From a virus (Duplodnaviria; Caudoviricetes), in the IMG/VR virus record IMGVR_UViG_3300033067_000656, positions 1-42,331 of that record: a DNA stretch of 42,331 bases. One strand, given 5' to 3'. The translations under genes and the position numbers were made by a program. Of the stretch, positions 7,846 through 17,300 are shown piece after piece (positions within the stretch are counted from its first letter, which is position 1; every line of letters begins with the position of its first letter). The notes below the pieces were generated by a model. It had not been told where the DNA came from. It searched no databases and saw nothing but the letters and a program-made list of their open reading frames with translations.

Positions 7846-10800
7846 GTGGCGAAGCTCCAGCGAGCGATCACCTGCTACAACTCGGCGGCCCTGTCCAGCG
7901 GGATCAGGGCACAGTTGGTGGCGATGGCACCAAAGTATCTCGACGGGTGCATCGACGCGGATGGCACCTACTTCATCGACAACCTGCCCGCCAGCTTCCC
8001 GCTGCGCTACTTCAACCTGACCGACCTGCCGAACAACGGGGCGCAGATGACATGGGGGCTGGCCCGCGCCGCCACGAACGGCATCGCGGACCCCGAGAGC
8101 ATCATGCTCCACTTCCTTGCCGACACGGTGGTCAACATCCTGGGGGTCGACTACCTGGTCAAGGGGTTCGGCGTCGGGACGGCGGCTACCAAGGCGGCCT
8201 CCCGCGTGCCGGTCTACTACGCCCCGGTGTCGGGCACGTTCCCCCGTGTGCTGACGAACTTCTCCTCCTCGGCCATCCGCACCGTATGGCAACAGTACGT
8301 CATTGAGCAGGTATTGACCGTCCCCTACTCGGCCGGGCACTACCCCCTCGGGGTGTGGCTCGACAACGCCACCGACACGACCTTCAACGTAGACGCCGTG
8401 AGCATGAGTCAGGCCGGGCGCGGCGGGCGCGACGTGTGGAACGTCAGCGTGATCGCAGGTGGCGGATCGTGGGCGGCGACCGGGGCCTACGACTACCGGG
8501 TCGTCCCGTCTACCGCTCTCGGGGACGGAATCTCGTCCACCGACTACGCGGCGACCATCGCCTCGGCCACGCAGCACGTCCAACTCGACTGGTCGGGCAG
8601 CGGGACGGGCACCTACAAGATATACCGGAAGCCGCACGCCTCGTCGTGGACCTCGGGCGACTGGCGCATCGCCACAGTGACGGGTGTCACGACCTACATC
8701 GACAACGGGCAGGCCCCCATCGCAGGCAGCGGTGGCCCGAGCCGGGCCGGTGAACTCATCGAGGCCCCGAACGGCACGCGCTTCCTGTCACCGGAGTATG
8801 ACGACTGGAAGTGGAACAGCGGGCACGGGCTCTGGATGAAGGAACTGAAGGATCTCATCGCCACCGCCCCGGCCTGGCTCTCCGGTCGGGCCTGCAAGGT
8901 CGTGGCGAACGTGGCGAACCACCCGGCTACTGGAAGCGGTTGGACCGCCCGCTACTCCAACTTCAACTCGACCGGCGCATCCGTCTGCCACGGCGTCTTC
9001 CGCGAGTTCTCCGGCGCCCCCATCCGAGAGACGGGCATCGACGAGCCGAATAATATGTACACCACCTGGGCTGCGGCCGGTTCGGCCAGCCTCGACGTGT
9101 GGGACACCGGCTACAACAACAACATCTCCTACCCTTCCGGCACGACGGTCGTCGGCGGGTCGACGTTCACCGCCTTCGAGGTGATGTCGGGCATCATCGG
9201 GACGGCGTGGCTCGTGAAGGGCTCGACGACGATGATCCAGGGGTACGCCAACACCTGGGCACCCGACGATGCGGCGTGGCAGTTCAACGCCGACGCCATC
9301 TGGAATATCGACCTCGGGACGCCGGTCGGCGCCCCGTCCGTTCTGGCCTCCGGCACGGTGGGCGGCCGGAACTACAAGGTGTGGGGGCGTGAGTATACGC
9401 AGGGCTACGTCACCGTGCGCTTCCGCAACGACTCGGCCGAGCCGTGCGGGACGACGATGGATGTCAGCGTGACGCTGCCTGCCGGGACGTGGAACCAGGT
9501 CACGGCGCTGGACGGGACGACCTCGGGGTCGGCCACGACCACGTTCACGCACGGGAACGCTCGTGCGTTCATCTTCAAGAAGTCCGGGGCGCCGCCTGTC
9601 GACTCGACCGCCCCTTCTGCGATTTCCACCCTCGCCACCGGAGCGGCAACGTCATCGTCCGTCGCGCTTACATGGACGGCGGTCGGTGACGATGCCGGGA
9701 CGGGTACGGCGACGAGCTATGACGTGCGCTACTCGACCTCGACGATCACCGCAGGCAACTTCAACTCGGCCACCGTCTTCCCGCAGACGATCTCGCCGCA
9801 GGCTTCTGGTGGTTCCGAGTCCCTTACCGTGACGGGTCTACTCCCGTCCACCACCTACTACTTCGCCGTCAAGGCGGGAGACGAGGTGCCGAATTGGGGC
9901 GCGATCTCGAACGTGGTGAGCAAGGCGACGACGGCAGCAGCGGATGTGACGCCTCCGGCCGCGATCTCTACCCTGACGGCAACGAACGTGGCGGGGAGCG
10001 CAAGTTCTGGCGGGTCGCCTCAAGTGCTGCTGTCATGGACCGCACCGTCCGATGCTTCGGGTTGTGTCGAGTACGACATCCGAATCGGCACCGCCACTAT
10101 TACCTCGGGCAACTTTGGTACTCCGGGGTACGGGTCGGTCGCTGATCCCAACAACCACATCCTGAATGTCCCCGTCCCAGGGACGGCAGGGCAGGTCCAG
10201 TCGTTCCTGATCCCCGGTCGCTACAAAACGGACAGCGGGAACATTATTTTCCCGTCCATCCCCGACTTGACCACGCTCTACTTCGCCATCAAGACGAAGG
10301 ATGCGGCGGGCAACTGGTCGGCCATCTCCAACGTGGCGTCGGTCACGACGGGAGCCCTCGGTGATTTTGTCGCACCGAACGCCATCGCGGACCTCGCCGT
10401 GGTGTCATCGACGGACACGACCGTCACGCTGCGCTTCACGAACCCCGGAGACGACACGGGTAACTGTGCCTCATACGAGGGGCGCTACGCCGTCAACACG
10501 TTGACGGCCGGGTCGTATGCAGCCTCTCCGACCATCGCTGGACTGCCCACCCCTGGACCGGCGCAGTCCACGGAAACGGCGGTCGTGCGCGGCCTGAACC
10601 CGGCCACTATCTACTCGTTCGCCATCAAGGCGGTCGATGCGGCGGGTAATGCGTCGGCCATCTCGAACGTCGTGTCCGGTGCGACGAAGGCGTCGGCCCC
10701 CGATCCGGTGGTGGCGACGGCTGTCACGGTCAGGACGCCGGTTGTCTACATCCCACTGACCGCACGAGATGGGACGAAGCCGCTACTCAAGGACTTCCCG

Positions 10801-12075
10801 CAGTACTGCAACCTCTACTGGAACGACAATTGGGGAGCCAACGACGACACGACGCCGGGGCGCGACCAGATCCTTCGGGCGCTGGCGAACCACAAGGTCG
10901 TCATCCTGAACGAGTCCACCACGAACCCGGCCACATCGCTCGGGCACGAGCTTGGAGTACCGGATGCCGCGTCTCGCCTGCGGGCCATGAACTCGGAGAT
11001 CATCGTCGGCATCGCTGGTAACGCTTGGTCGACGAACGCGGCCGATTCGGTCTACTGGCCGTTCCGCTCGCAGCTTCGCACGCTGGCGATTGCGAATGAC
11101 TGGTGGTTGCGCTTCGACAACAACGCACAGGTCTACTCGGACGGCGCAGCGGCGCAGTACCCGATGATCGACATTACCCATCCGGGGTGCCGCAACTGGT
11201 TCGCGGACAACGTGCGCCGGTACTTTATGAACCTCGGCTACGATCAGTACTCGTTCTGGTTCGCGGACGAGATGCAGGCGTCACTGACTGCCGTACCGTC
11301 GCAGGGCGGGAAGGGGCCGTCGAACATCTACCTGTACAACGGGTCCACCACGTCGCGCTCGGCACCGGCCGATGCGACGGCGCGTGACGCGGCATGGGTG
11401 GCGGCCAACACCGCCCTCATGGCGCGGATGCCCGACGTGCTGGTGATGCCGAACGGGACGACCTCGCCCACGCCGACGACCATCGGGCGCATGTGTCAGG
11501 GGATCTACCCGGCCACGAAGCCCGACAACGAACTGGACAACATCTACGCCCACTTCGCCAACACGCGCCGGGCGAACCGGCTCATGTACTACCACACCGA
11601 ATGGGGTAGCGCGATGGCGCAGTGGTTGAACCAGGTCAACCTGACCGACGATCAACTGGTGGCGATGGGGCTGATCTCCGCGACCGGGGCCTATCTGGCG
11701 CAGGGGTCGTGGGCGACGTACCGGACGGCGTGCCAGAACATCGCGTGCTTCGCCTCGGTCTTCGACGGGGTGGCGCATCTGGAGAACGCTCTGATCGGCA
11801 ACTTCCTGCACCCGTGGCAGTACTTCGGGTACGCACCGGGGGCGTTCGGCATCCCGGTCGAGTACGTCGACGGGAGCGGGCGCGAGTTCCCGCAGATCAT
11901 CCCCGAGAAGATCAACCAGGGCAACACGAACAAGTCGGGAATCTACTGGCGTGAGTTCACGAAGGCGACTGTGGCGTTCAACTGGCAGTGGAACGGTGGA
12001 ACGCCGACCGCCCTGACGTGGAGCAAGACGGGCAACTCGATTGCGGCCAATGCGGGCGCGGTGGTGTTCAAGTGA
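7846..12075 (+). CDS. Large modular protein: putative glycoside-hydrolase-like domain, 3x fibronectin type III, second GH-like domain
   Basis: FN3 repeats start at DSTAPSAISTL (~9601), DVTPPAAISTL (~9943) and DFVAPNAIADL (~10363), each with a YYFA(V/I)K..D...N..AISNV-type motif. The flanking domains carry GVWLDN / FWFADE and end in WGREYTQGYV / YWREFTKATVAFN, resembling GHL15-type TIM barrels. Confidence 0.75.
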   Translation: MAKLQRAITCYNSAALSSGIRAQLVAMAPKYLDGCIDADGTYFIDNLPASFPLRYFNLTDLPNNGAQMTWGLARAATNGIADPESIMLHFLADTVVNILGVDYLVKGFGVGTAATKAASRVPVYYAPVSGTFPRVLTNFSSSAIRTVWQQYVIEQVLTVPYSAGHYPLGVWLDNATDTTFNVDAVSMSQAGRGGRDVWNVSVIAGGGSWAATGAYDYRVVPSTALGDGISSTDYAATIASATQHVQLDWSGSGTGTYKIYRKPHASSWTSGDWRIATVTGVTTYIDNGQAPIAGSGGPSRAGELIEAPNGTRFLSPEYDDWKWNSGHGLWMKELKDLIATAPAWLSGRACKVVANVANHPATGSGWTARYSNFNSTGASVCHGVFREFSGAPIRETGIDEPNNMYTTWAAAGSASLDVWDTGYNNNISYPSGTTVVGGSTFTAFEVMSGIIGTAWLVKGSTTMIQGYANTWAPDDAAWQFNADAIWNIDLGTPVGAPSVLASGTVGGRNYKVWGREYTQGYVTVRFRNDSAEPCGTTMDVSVTLPAGTWNQVTALDGTTSGSATTTFTHGNARAFIFKKSGAPPVDSTAPSAISTLATGAATSSSVALTWTAVGDDAGTGTATSYDVRYSTSTITAGNFNSATVFPQTISPQASGGSESLTVTGLLPSTTYYFAVKAGDEVPNWGAISNVVSKATTAAADVTPPAAISTLTATNVAGSASSGGSPQVLLSWTAPSDASGCVEYDIRIGTATITSGNFGTPGYGSVADPNNHILNVPVPGTAGQVQSFLIPGRYKTDSGNIIFPSIPDLTTLYFAIKTKDAAGNWSAISNVASVTTGALGDFVAPNAIADLAVVSSTDTTVTLRFTNPGDDTGNCASYEGRYAVNTLTAGSYAASPTIAGLPTPGPAQSTETAVVRGLNPATIYSFAIKAVDAAGNASAISNVVSGATKASAPDPVVATAVTVRTPVVYIPLTARDGTKPLLKDFPQYCNLYWNDNWGANDDTTPGRDQILRALANHKVVILNESTTNPATSLGHELGVPDAASRLRAMNSEIIVGIAGNAWSTNAADSVYWPFRSQLRTLAIANDWWLRFDNNAQVYSDGAAAQYPMIDITHPGCRNWFADNVRRYFMNLGYDQYSFWFADEMQASLTAVPSQGGKGPSNIYLYNGSTTSRSAPADATARDAAWVAANTALMARMPDVLVMPNGTTSPTPTTIGRMCQGIYPATKPDNELDNIYAHFANTRRANRLMYYHTEWGSAMAQWLNQVNLTDDQLVAMGLISATGAYLAQGSWATYRTACQNIACFASVFDGVAHLENALIGNFLHPWQYFGYAPGAFGIPVEYVDGSGREFPQIIPEKINQGNTNKSGIYWREFTKATVAFNWQWNGGTPTALTWSKTGNSIAANAGAVVFK

Positions 12076-12260
12076 TCGCCAAGGAAACGTGGGACAGGAT
12101 CGACGCCATAACGAACAAGGTGGTGGCGCGTACCGAATCGTCCGAGATGATTCCAGAGATCGACCGCCAGATCGTCGCGTGGTACGCACTCATGCTTGCG
12201 ATGGAGTGCCTTCGTTCCAAGTGGCAACAGCGCGAGGATGCGCTCGTGTGGGGGGAGTGA
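12072..12260 (+). CDS. Hypothetical protein
   Basis: GTGA overlap with the upstream stop; 62 aa. Confidence 0.55.
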   Translation: MIAKETWDRIDAITNKVVARTESSEMIPEIDRQIVAWYALMLAMECLRSKWQQREDALVWGE

Positions 12261-12667
12261 TGATAAGAGTCTGGGTGCCTGGAACCCCGATTCCGCAGGG
12301 CAGCAAGAGCGTGTCGAAGTCGGGGCACGCCTACGAGTCGAACAAGAAGACTCGACCGTGGCGTGCAATCGTGGCCGACTGTGCCGCAGAGGCTCGTGCC
12401 TCCGGTGAGGCCGAGATGCTGGAAGGCCCGGTCGCCGTCTCCATCGCGTTCTACTTTCAGAAGCCCAAGAGCGCGAAGAAGTCCGCCGTCTACAACGAAA
12501 AGAAGCCCGACATAGACAAGCTATGCCGGGCCATCTTCGACTCAATCACTGGCATCTTGATACCAGACGACTCCAGGGTGGTCTGCCTGACCTGTGTGAA
12601 GTACTACGCTGGCGGGCTACTGTTTCCTGGTACGAGGATCGAGATAAGCCGCGCCGAGAATCCGTAG
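12260..12667 (+). CDS. rusA: RusA-family Holliday junction resolvase
   Basis: VPGTPIPQGSK...GPVAVSIAFYF...KPDIDKLCRAIFDSITG...DDSRVV. Confidence 0.9.
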   Translation: MIRVWVPGTPIPQGSKSVSKSGHAYESNKKTRPWRAIVADCAAEARASGEAEMLEGPVAVSIAFYFQKPKSAKKSAVYNEKKPDIDKLCRAIFDSITGILIPDDSRVVCLTCVKYYAGGLLFPGTRIEISRAENP

Positions 12668-12668
12668 C

Positions 12669-13046
12669 CTACTGGCAGATCCGGTCGTTCGGCCCGTGAT
12701 GCGGGTTGAAGTGCTTCTTCGTCACCACGGCATCCATGCTGATCGGGATGCACGGGTTCCCCTCGTCGTCCTTGAGCAGAGGGATGATGGATGACGTGTC
12801 CATGTCGGTCTTCGTCGCCGCCTTGACGACCGCGATGATGTCCTGCGGGGTCATGGCGACCAACTGCTGAACGGGCGCCGCCGCCTCTTCCTTCACGGGG
12901 GGAGCCGGTGGCGCCTCTTCCTTTGCGGGGATGGCGACCGGCCCGGCCGAGGCCACGGGCTCGACGGTGATCGGGGCGGGCTCGGCCTCCACGGGAGGCG
13001 GCTGGATCACGATGTTCCTGCTCGGGGTGTTCGGCTGCTGCGCCAC
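12669..13046 (-). CDS. Pro/Ala-rich hypothetical protein, last gene of the late operon
   Basis: 125 aa; its stop meets the rusA stop tail-to-tail. Confidence 0.7.
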   Translation of the reverse strand: MAQQPNTPSRNIVIQPPPVEAEPAPITVEPVASAGPVAIPAKEEAPPAPPVKEEAAAPVQQLVAMTPQDIIAVVKAATKTDMDTSSIIPLLKDDEGNPCIPISMDAVVTKKHFNPHHGPNDRICQ

Positions 13047-13049
13047 GGA

Positions 13050-13274
13050 CTAGCCCTTCTTTCCACGGAAAAGGATCACGACGAAGCCGCCGATCATGTA
13101 GGCCATGTCGACGACCGGGCCGATCTTCGATTCGATGTCGGCCGGGAGAAGATGGAAACCGAAGGTCGACTCGGCCAGCCGCTCGGCGGCGATGATCGCC
13201 ATGATGAGGCCGGTGATCTTGGTCTTGGACGGACGATCCACGCCAGACGGCGCGACGACATTCAGTGGGCTCAC
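13050..13274 (-). CDS. Putative holin (2 TM, basic C-terminus)
   Basis: SKTKITGLIMAIIAA...MAYMIGGFVVILFRGKKG; GTG start after GAGGAGG; in the lysis cassette. Confidence 0.6.
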   Translation of the reverse strand: MSPLNVVAPSGVDRPSKTKITGLIMAIIAAERLAESTFGFHLLPADIESKIGPVVDMAYMIGGFVVILFRGKKG

Positions 13275-13351
13275 TTGTCTACCTCCTCTTTGACGACCAT
13301 GAGCAGGAAGCTCACGATCTTCTTGAACCAGGACTTCTTGAAGATGCTCAT
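13271..13351 (-). CDS. 26-aa cationic amphipathic peptide in the lysis cassette
   Basis: MSIFKKSWFKKIVSFLLMVVKEEVDK; GAGG SD; overlaps the endolysin stop and the holin start. Confidence 0.55.
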   Translation of the reverse strand: MSIFKKSWFKKIVSFLLMVVKEEVDK

Positions 13352-13863
13352 GGCCTCTTCCCCGCTTTCGCATCGGTCACGGACAGGCCGATGGGCTGGA
13401 TGTGGAGCGGGTCGTAGCCGATACGTTCGACGGCCGACCAGTCTCCGCTCTTGCACGCTGCCACGATGGCAGCCTTCTCAGCCTCGGTCAAGCGGATTCC
13501 CTTCCGATTCGACCAGAGGATGCCGGTCATAAGACCGAACGCGCCGACGATCTCGTTGACCCTGTGAACGAACAGGGGGCGGGCCACCGAGGGCGAGTCG
13601 TCGTCGATCAGGTCCACGGCCAGCGCCTCTTTCTCTCCATGTATTCCGGTGGCATTGTGAAGCCCCCAGAGCAGGTCGGAATGGCCTGAATGGTAGGCTT
13701 GCGCCTGGGCCACCGGGTCACGCCACGCGCCGCCCTCGTTGATGCGCGGGCGGAACGCCTGCTGCTCCAGCGTGAAGATGAGCCGCGAGACGAGCGCCGC
13801 GAATGGGGGCCAGCACGTCCTGAGTTGATCCCGGTTGCGGGCACGACGTTCCTGCTCGTTCAT
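13348..13863 (-). CDS. Endolysin, M15-like Zn peptidase
   Basis: WRD..AQ...GLHN...ALAVDL...DPLHIQ (H-D-H zinc ligands); start MNEQ at an ATGA overlap. Confidence 0.75.
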   Translation of the reverse strand: MNEQERRARNRDQLRTCWPPFAALVSRLIFTLEQQAFRPRINEGGAWRDPVAQAQAYHSGHSDLLWGLHNATGIHGEKEALAVDLIDDDSPSVARPLFVHRVNEIVGAFGLMTGILWSNRKGIRLTEAEKAAIVAACKSGDWSAVERIGYDPLHIQPIGLSVTDAKAGKRP

Positions 13864-14240
13864 CGCCCACCGATCCTCCCCTGATCTTGGTAGGGATTGA
13901 TCTCGGGGAGCGGGGCCAGCCCGATCTTCCGGCGCTCCTCGTTCAGGGCCATCCTCATGCGGACAGCCTCGGACTTGGCCCACGCCTCGTGGTCGGAGAG
14001 CCGTTCCTGTGTGCTCTGCGCGGCCTGCGATGCGGCGGCCACGGAGCCCTTCAGTTCGACGACGAGTTCTTCAAGACGCTGCGCCCTGGACTCCAGGCGT
14101 GCCTGCCCGTTGGTGATCCAGATGGCAGCGCCGATGATGGTGACGATCATGCCTATGGATACCCCCGTGTTCGGCGTGAGGGTGATGGAGCTATTCCCGT
14201 TCCCCACTTCGACATCCTCGTGTGTTCCATGCTCTACCAT
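13860..14240 (-). CDS. Membrane-anchored coiled-coil protein (holin/antiholin/spanin-like)
   Basis: One TM (IGMIVTIIGAAIWI) followed by a coiled coil; first gene of the lysis cassette. Confidence 0.6.
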   Translation of the reverse strand: MVEHGTHEDVEVGNGNSSITLTPNTGVSIGMIVTIIGAAIWITNGQARLESRAQRLEELVVELKGSVAAASQAAQSTQERLSDHEAWAKSEAVRMRMALNEERRKIGLAPLPEINPYQDQGRIGGR

Positions 14241-14309
14241 TCACGCCTCCATGATCCACGACCCCTTGCCAGCGGCGGCGCTGGTTCGGGATGACGGAGT
14301 AGTCGTGGG

Positions 14310-17300
14310 TTACGGTCGCTGTGCCCGTTGCCTGCGGTACTCTTCGAGCTTCTTCTTCATCTGTTCAGTGAACCGCTTGCGCTCCTCGGGCGATACGGGG
14401 GGTACGCCTTCGCCACGCTTGCGGTTGCGGGACAGGATCTCCTTCACGGCCGGGGAATCGAAGTTGACTCGCCCGTCCTTGAAAGGGGCCATGTCCTGCG
14501 CTTCCTTCTTCAACTTCCGCCCTTCAATCTGGTAGTTCCTCTCGAAGTCCACGTCGTAGCTGCGGAGCCCGGCCAGGTTCTTGAGAATCGTCTCGGCGTT
14601 CTGGGCGGCCGTGGTGTCAGCCTCGGTGTCCTTCATGGTCGAGTTCATGAACGAGATGGCACGCATGTTCTGGAGCGCGTGCGTCGTCCGTTCCGGCAAC
14701 ATGATGAGCCCCTTGCCGGGGGTGTTCTTGAACCAGTCGACGAGCGGAACCTTGTTGAGTGCCGCCGAGGTGGGGGCGACAAGCCCTTCGGGCAGGTGCA
14801 GCGGGCGAGTACGGCCCTCCACGTCGAACAGGGGGCGACCCGTCTCCAGGTCACGCTTGAACGCCTGCTCGCCCGTTTCCTTGAGGATGGGGTTCAGAGC
14901 CCCGACGCCGTAGACGGCCGGGCCGAGGAGTCCGTGCTGGCCGATGTCCTGCCCCAAAGCCATCACGTCGCTGACGGGCGACATCTTCCCGGCGACCGCC
15001 GTCACCTTGGGCTTGTCCTTCCGGTTCTTGTAGAGGATCGGGAGCATCGGCTTCAGCCAGTCGGGCAGGTTGGCGAACTGCTCCGGCGTCAGATCCTTGC
15101 CGTTCACCAGCCCCGAGACGGCGTGCTGAATGTCGCGGGAGACGGACATCGTGGCGGGTTTGGAGAGGATCTGCTCGACCTGAAGCGGGATGTTCTTCCG
15201 CATCCAGGCGTAGAAGGGGAAGACGCCACGCAGGAAGTCCCGCTCGAAGCGCGAGAGTTCCGAGTAGTCGAAGAGGAACTTCTTGACCATCATCGACGCG
15301 GCGTAGGGCGAGTAGCCCTGCTTCAGGTAGTGGGCGAACCCGGCGATACGGGCGTTCTCCTCGACGAAGCGACCCATGTCGCGGCCATAGGTGATGTATG
15401 CGGCAGGGCTCAAAGGGCTCGACTGGAGAAAGCCCTTGACGCGCCCGACGCGCCCGCCCTTGCGCGGGTCGAGAAGCTCCTGCACGTCCGACCCGAAGTA
15501 GCCGTGCCCCGCCACGCCCGTCTTCTGGGCGAGGCGCATGACCTCGGCGTGGGTCAGGACGGAGCCGTCGTCACGCAGGAGGGCGCCGGGGATGCCAAGC
15601 TGAATCTTCCGCGCCTGCCAGTAGATCGCCGGATCGTCGATCCCCGCGTAGACCTGGAGCTGGTACATATTCGTCAGCCAGTTCCGCAGGTGGAACTCGG
15701 GGAAGATGGTGGTGACGGACTGCTTCCAGATGTTCGTCGCGCCGTGGTAGAAGCGAGCGAACAGGTTGCGTGGACCCGAGTCATCGAGGAAAGTGCGGAC
15801 ACCACCGTTGATGTGGTTCGCCAGTTCCTCGGGGATGAGGAAGTAGTTGGCGCCGAACTTGTCGAGTTCCTTGAAGTTCGGGATGGTCGACGGGTCCAGG
15901 TTGACCAGCGTCCTCCAGTCGCCCGCCATGTCGGATGCCCGCAGCCCCTTCGCCACCGACAGCACGTTCACGAAGTCGGGCGCGTCGGCCAGCCGGGCGA
16001 GTTCGCCCTTGGTGATGAACAGCTTGAGCGGCGGGGCCAGCGCATCCCGATCCTTCATGGTGCGGCGGATCTTCTTCAGGATGGCGGCGGCGGTGCCTTG
16101 CAGACGCCCATCGGTGTTGTTCGCCGGGTTGGCGAGGTCGGCATCCTCGGTCACGCCGAGCGCCTTCTTGAGCAGGTTCTTCACCCCATCGGGGAGGTCG
16201 ACCGTCTCGGGCGCTTCCTTGGACGCCTTGGACATGGGGACGGTCCCGTTCCTGACGATGGCGGCGAGGCGGTCGGCCACGCCTTCGGCCGCCTGCACGT
16301 CGGACGGGCCGCCGCCCGTGCGCCAGACGCCGAGGTCGATGAGCGACTTGTTCAGCGCCTCAACCTTCTTGATCGCCTCCTCCGGGTAGCCCATCTTCCG
16401 CATCCAGTAGTGCGAGTTCACGATGTTCGCGGCGGCGCGGGCGTTCGGGATCTCGGTGATGCCTTCAGCCTTCAAGGCATCGAGGATCTCCTTGCCCGAC
16501 AGACCCATCGAGGAGAGCATCCCGTTGAGCATGTCGTTGTGGACCTGGAACTGGATGGACGAGGCCACGCGGTTCATCAGCGTCGTCACCACGTCGTCGA
16601 CGAGGAGCGGCTTGCCGTTCACCAGCTTGTAGGACCGCTGGATGTCGTCGAACGTGTCCTTGAACTTGCGGGCGTTGGCGAAGCCGGGCGTGCGAAGACC
16701 GCCCTTCGGCGGGCCGCCGAGGACGTAGGCCAGCGGCTTCGAGTAGGCGGCCACGTTGTCGGAGACGTGGGGGAAGTACTCGGGCATGGCGTGGACGATG
16801 GCCTGCCTGCCGTCTTCCGTCCAGATCAGCCCGTCCACGAGGTCGCGGATCGCCCGCCGCTTGGCCCACCCCTCCTTCGAGAGCTTGACCAGATTGTCGG
16901 CAACCTCTTTGGCGAGGTCGTCCCCGATCTCGGGGGACTCACCCAGGGTCTTGCTGACCCACGCCTGGTACTCGGGCATGGACATGCCACCGGGGCCGGG
17001 CGGCCCGCCGTCGATGGGGGGCAGGCCCCCGTGCATGTCCTGTCCGCCCGTGAGCAGGAGCCCGACCGTCGAGCCGCCAGCCTCCCGGTTGGCGATGAAG
17101 TCGCGGGTGGTGGGCGGATTGTTGGCGCCGAAACTGGTCTTCTCGATGGCCGAGGTGGTGGGCCGGTTGGACGGCACGGGCAGGCCCGACCCCTTCAGGG
17201 GGACGCGGGGCTTGCCGATGGCCGGGCGGTTCGGCTGGACCGTCTTCTTTTCGACGACAAAAGCCTTGGACATGAACTCCTGAGCCGTGACCCCCGACTT

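Noticed and set aside
9601-10690. Diversity-generating retroelement TR/VR pair
   Set aside because: The repeats are diverged FN3 domains with no adenine-specific differences, and there is no reverse transcriptase in the window.
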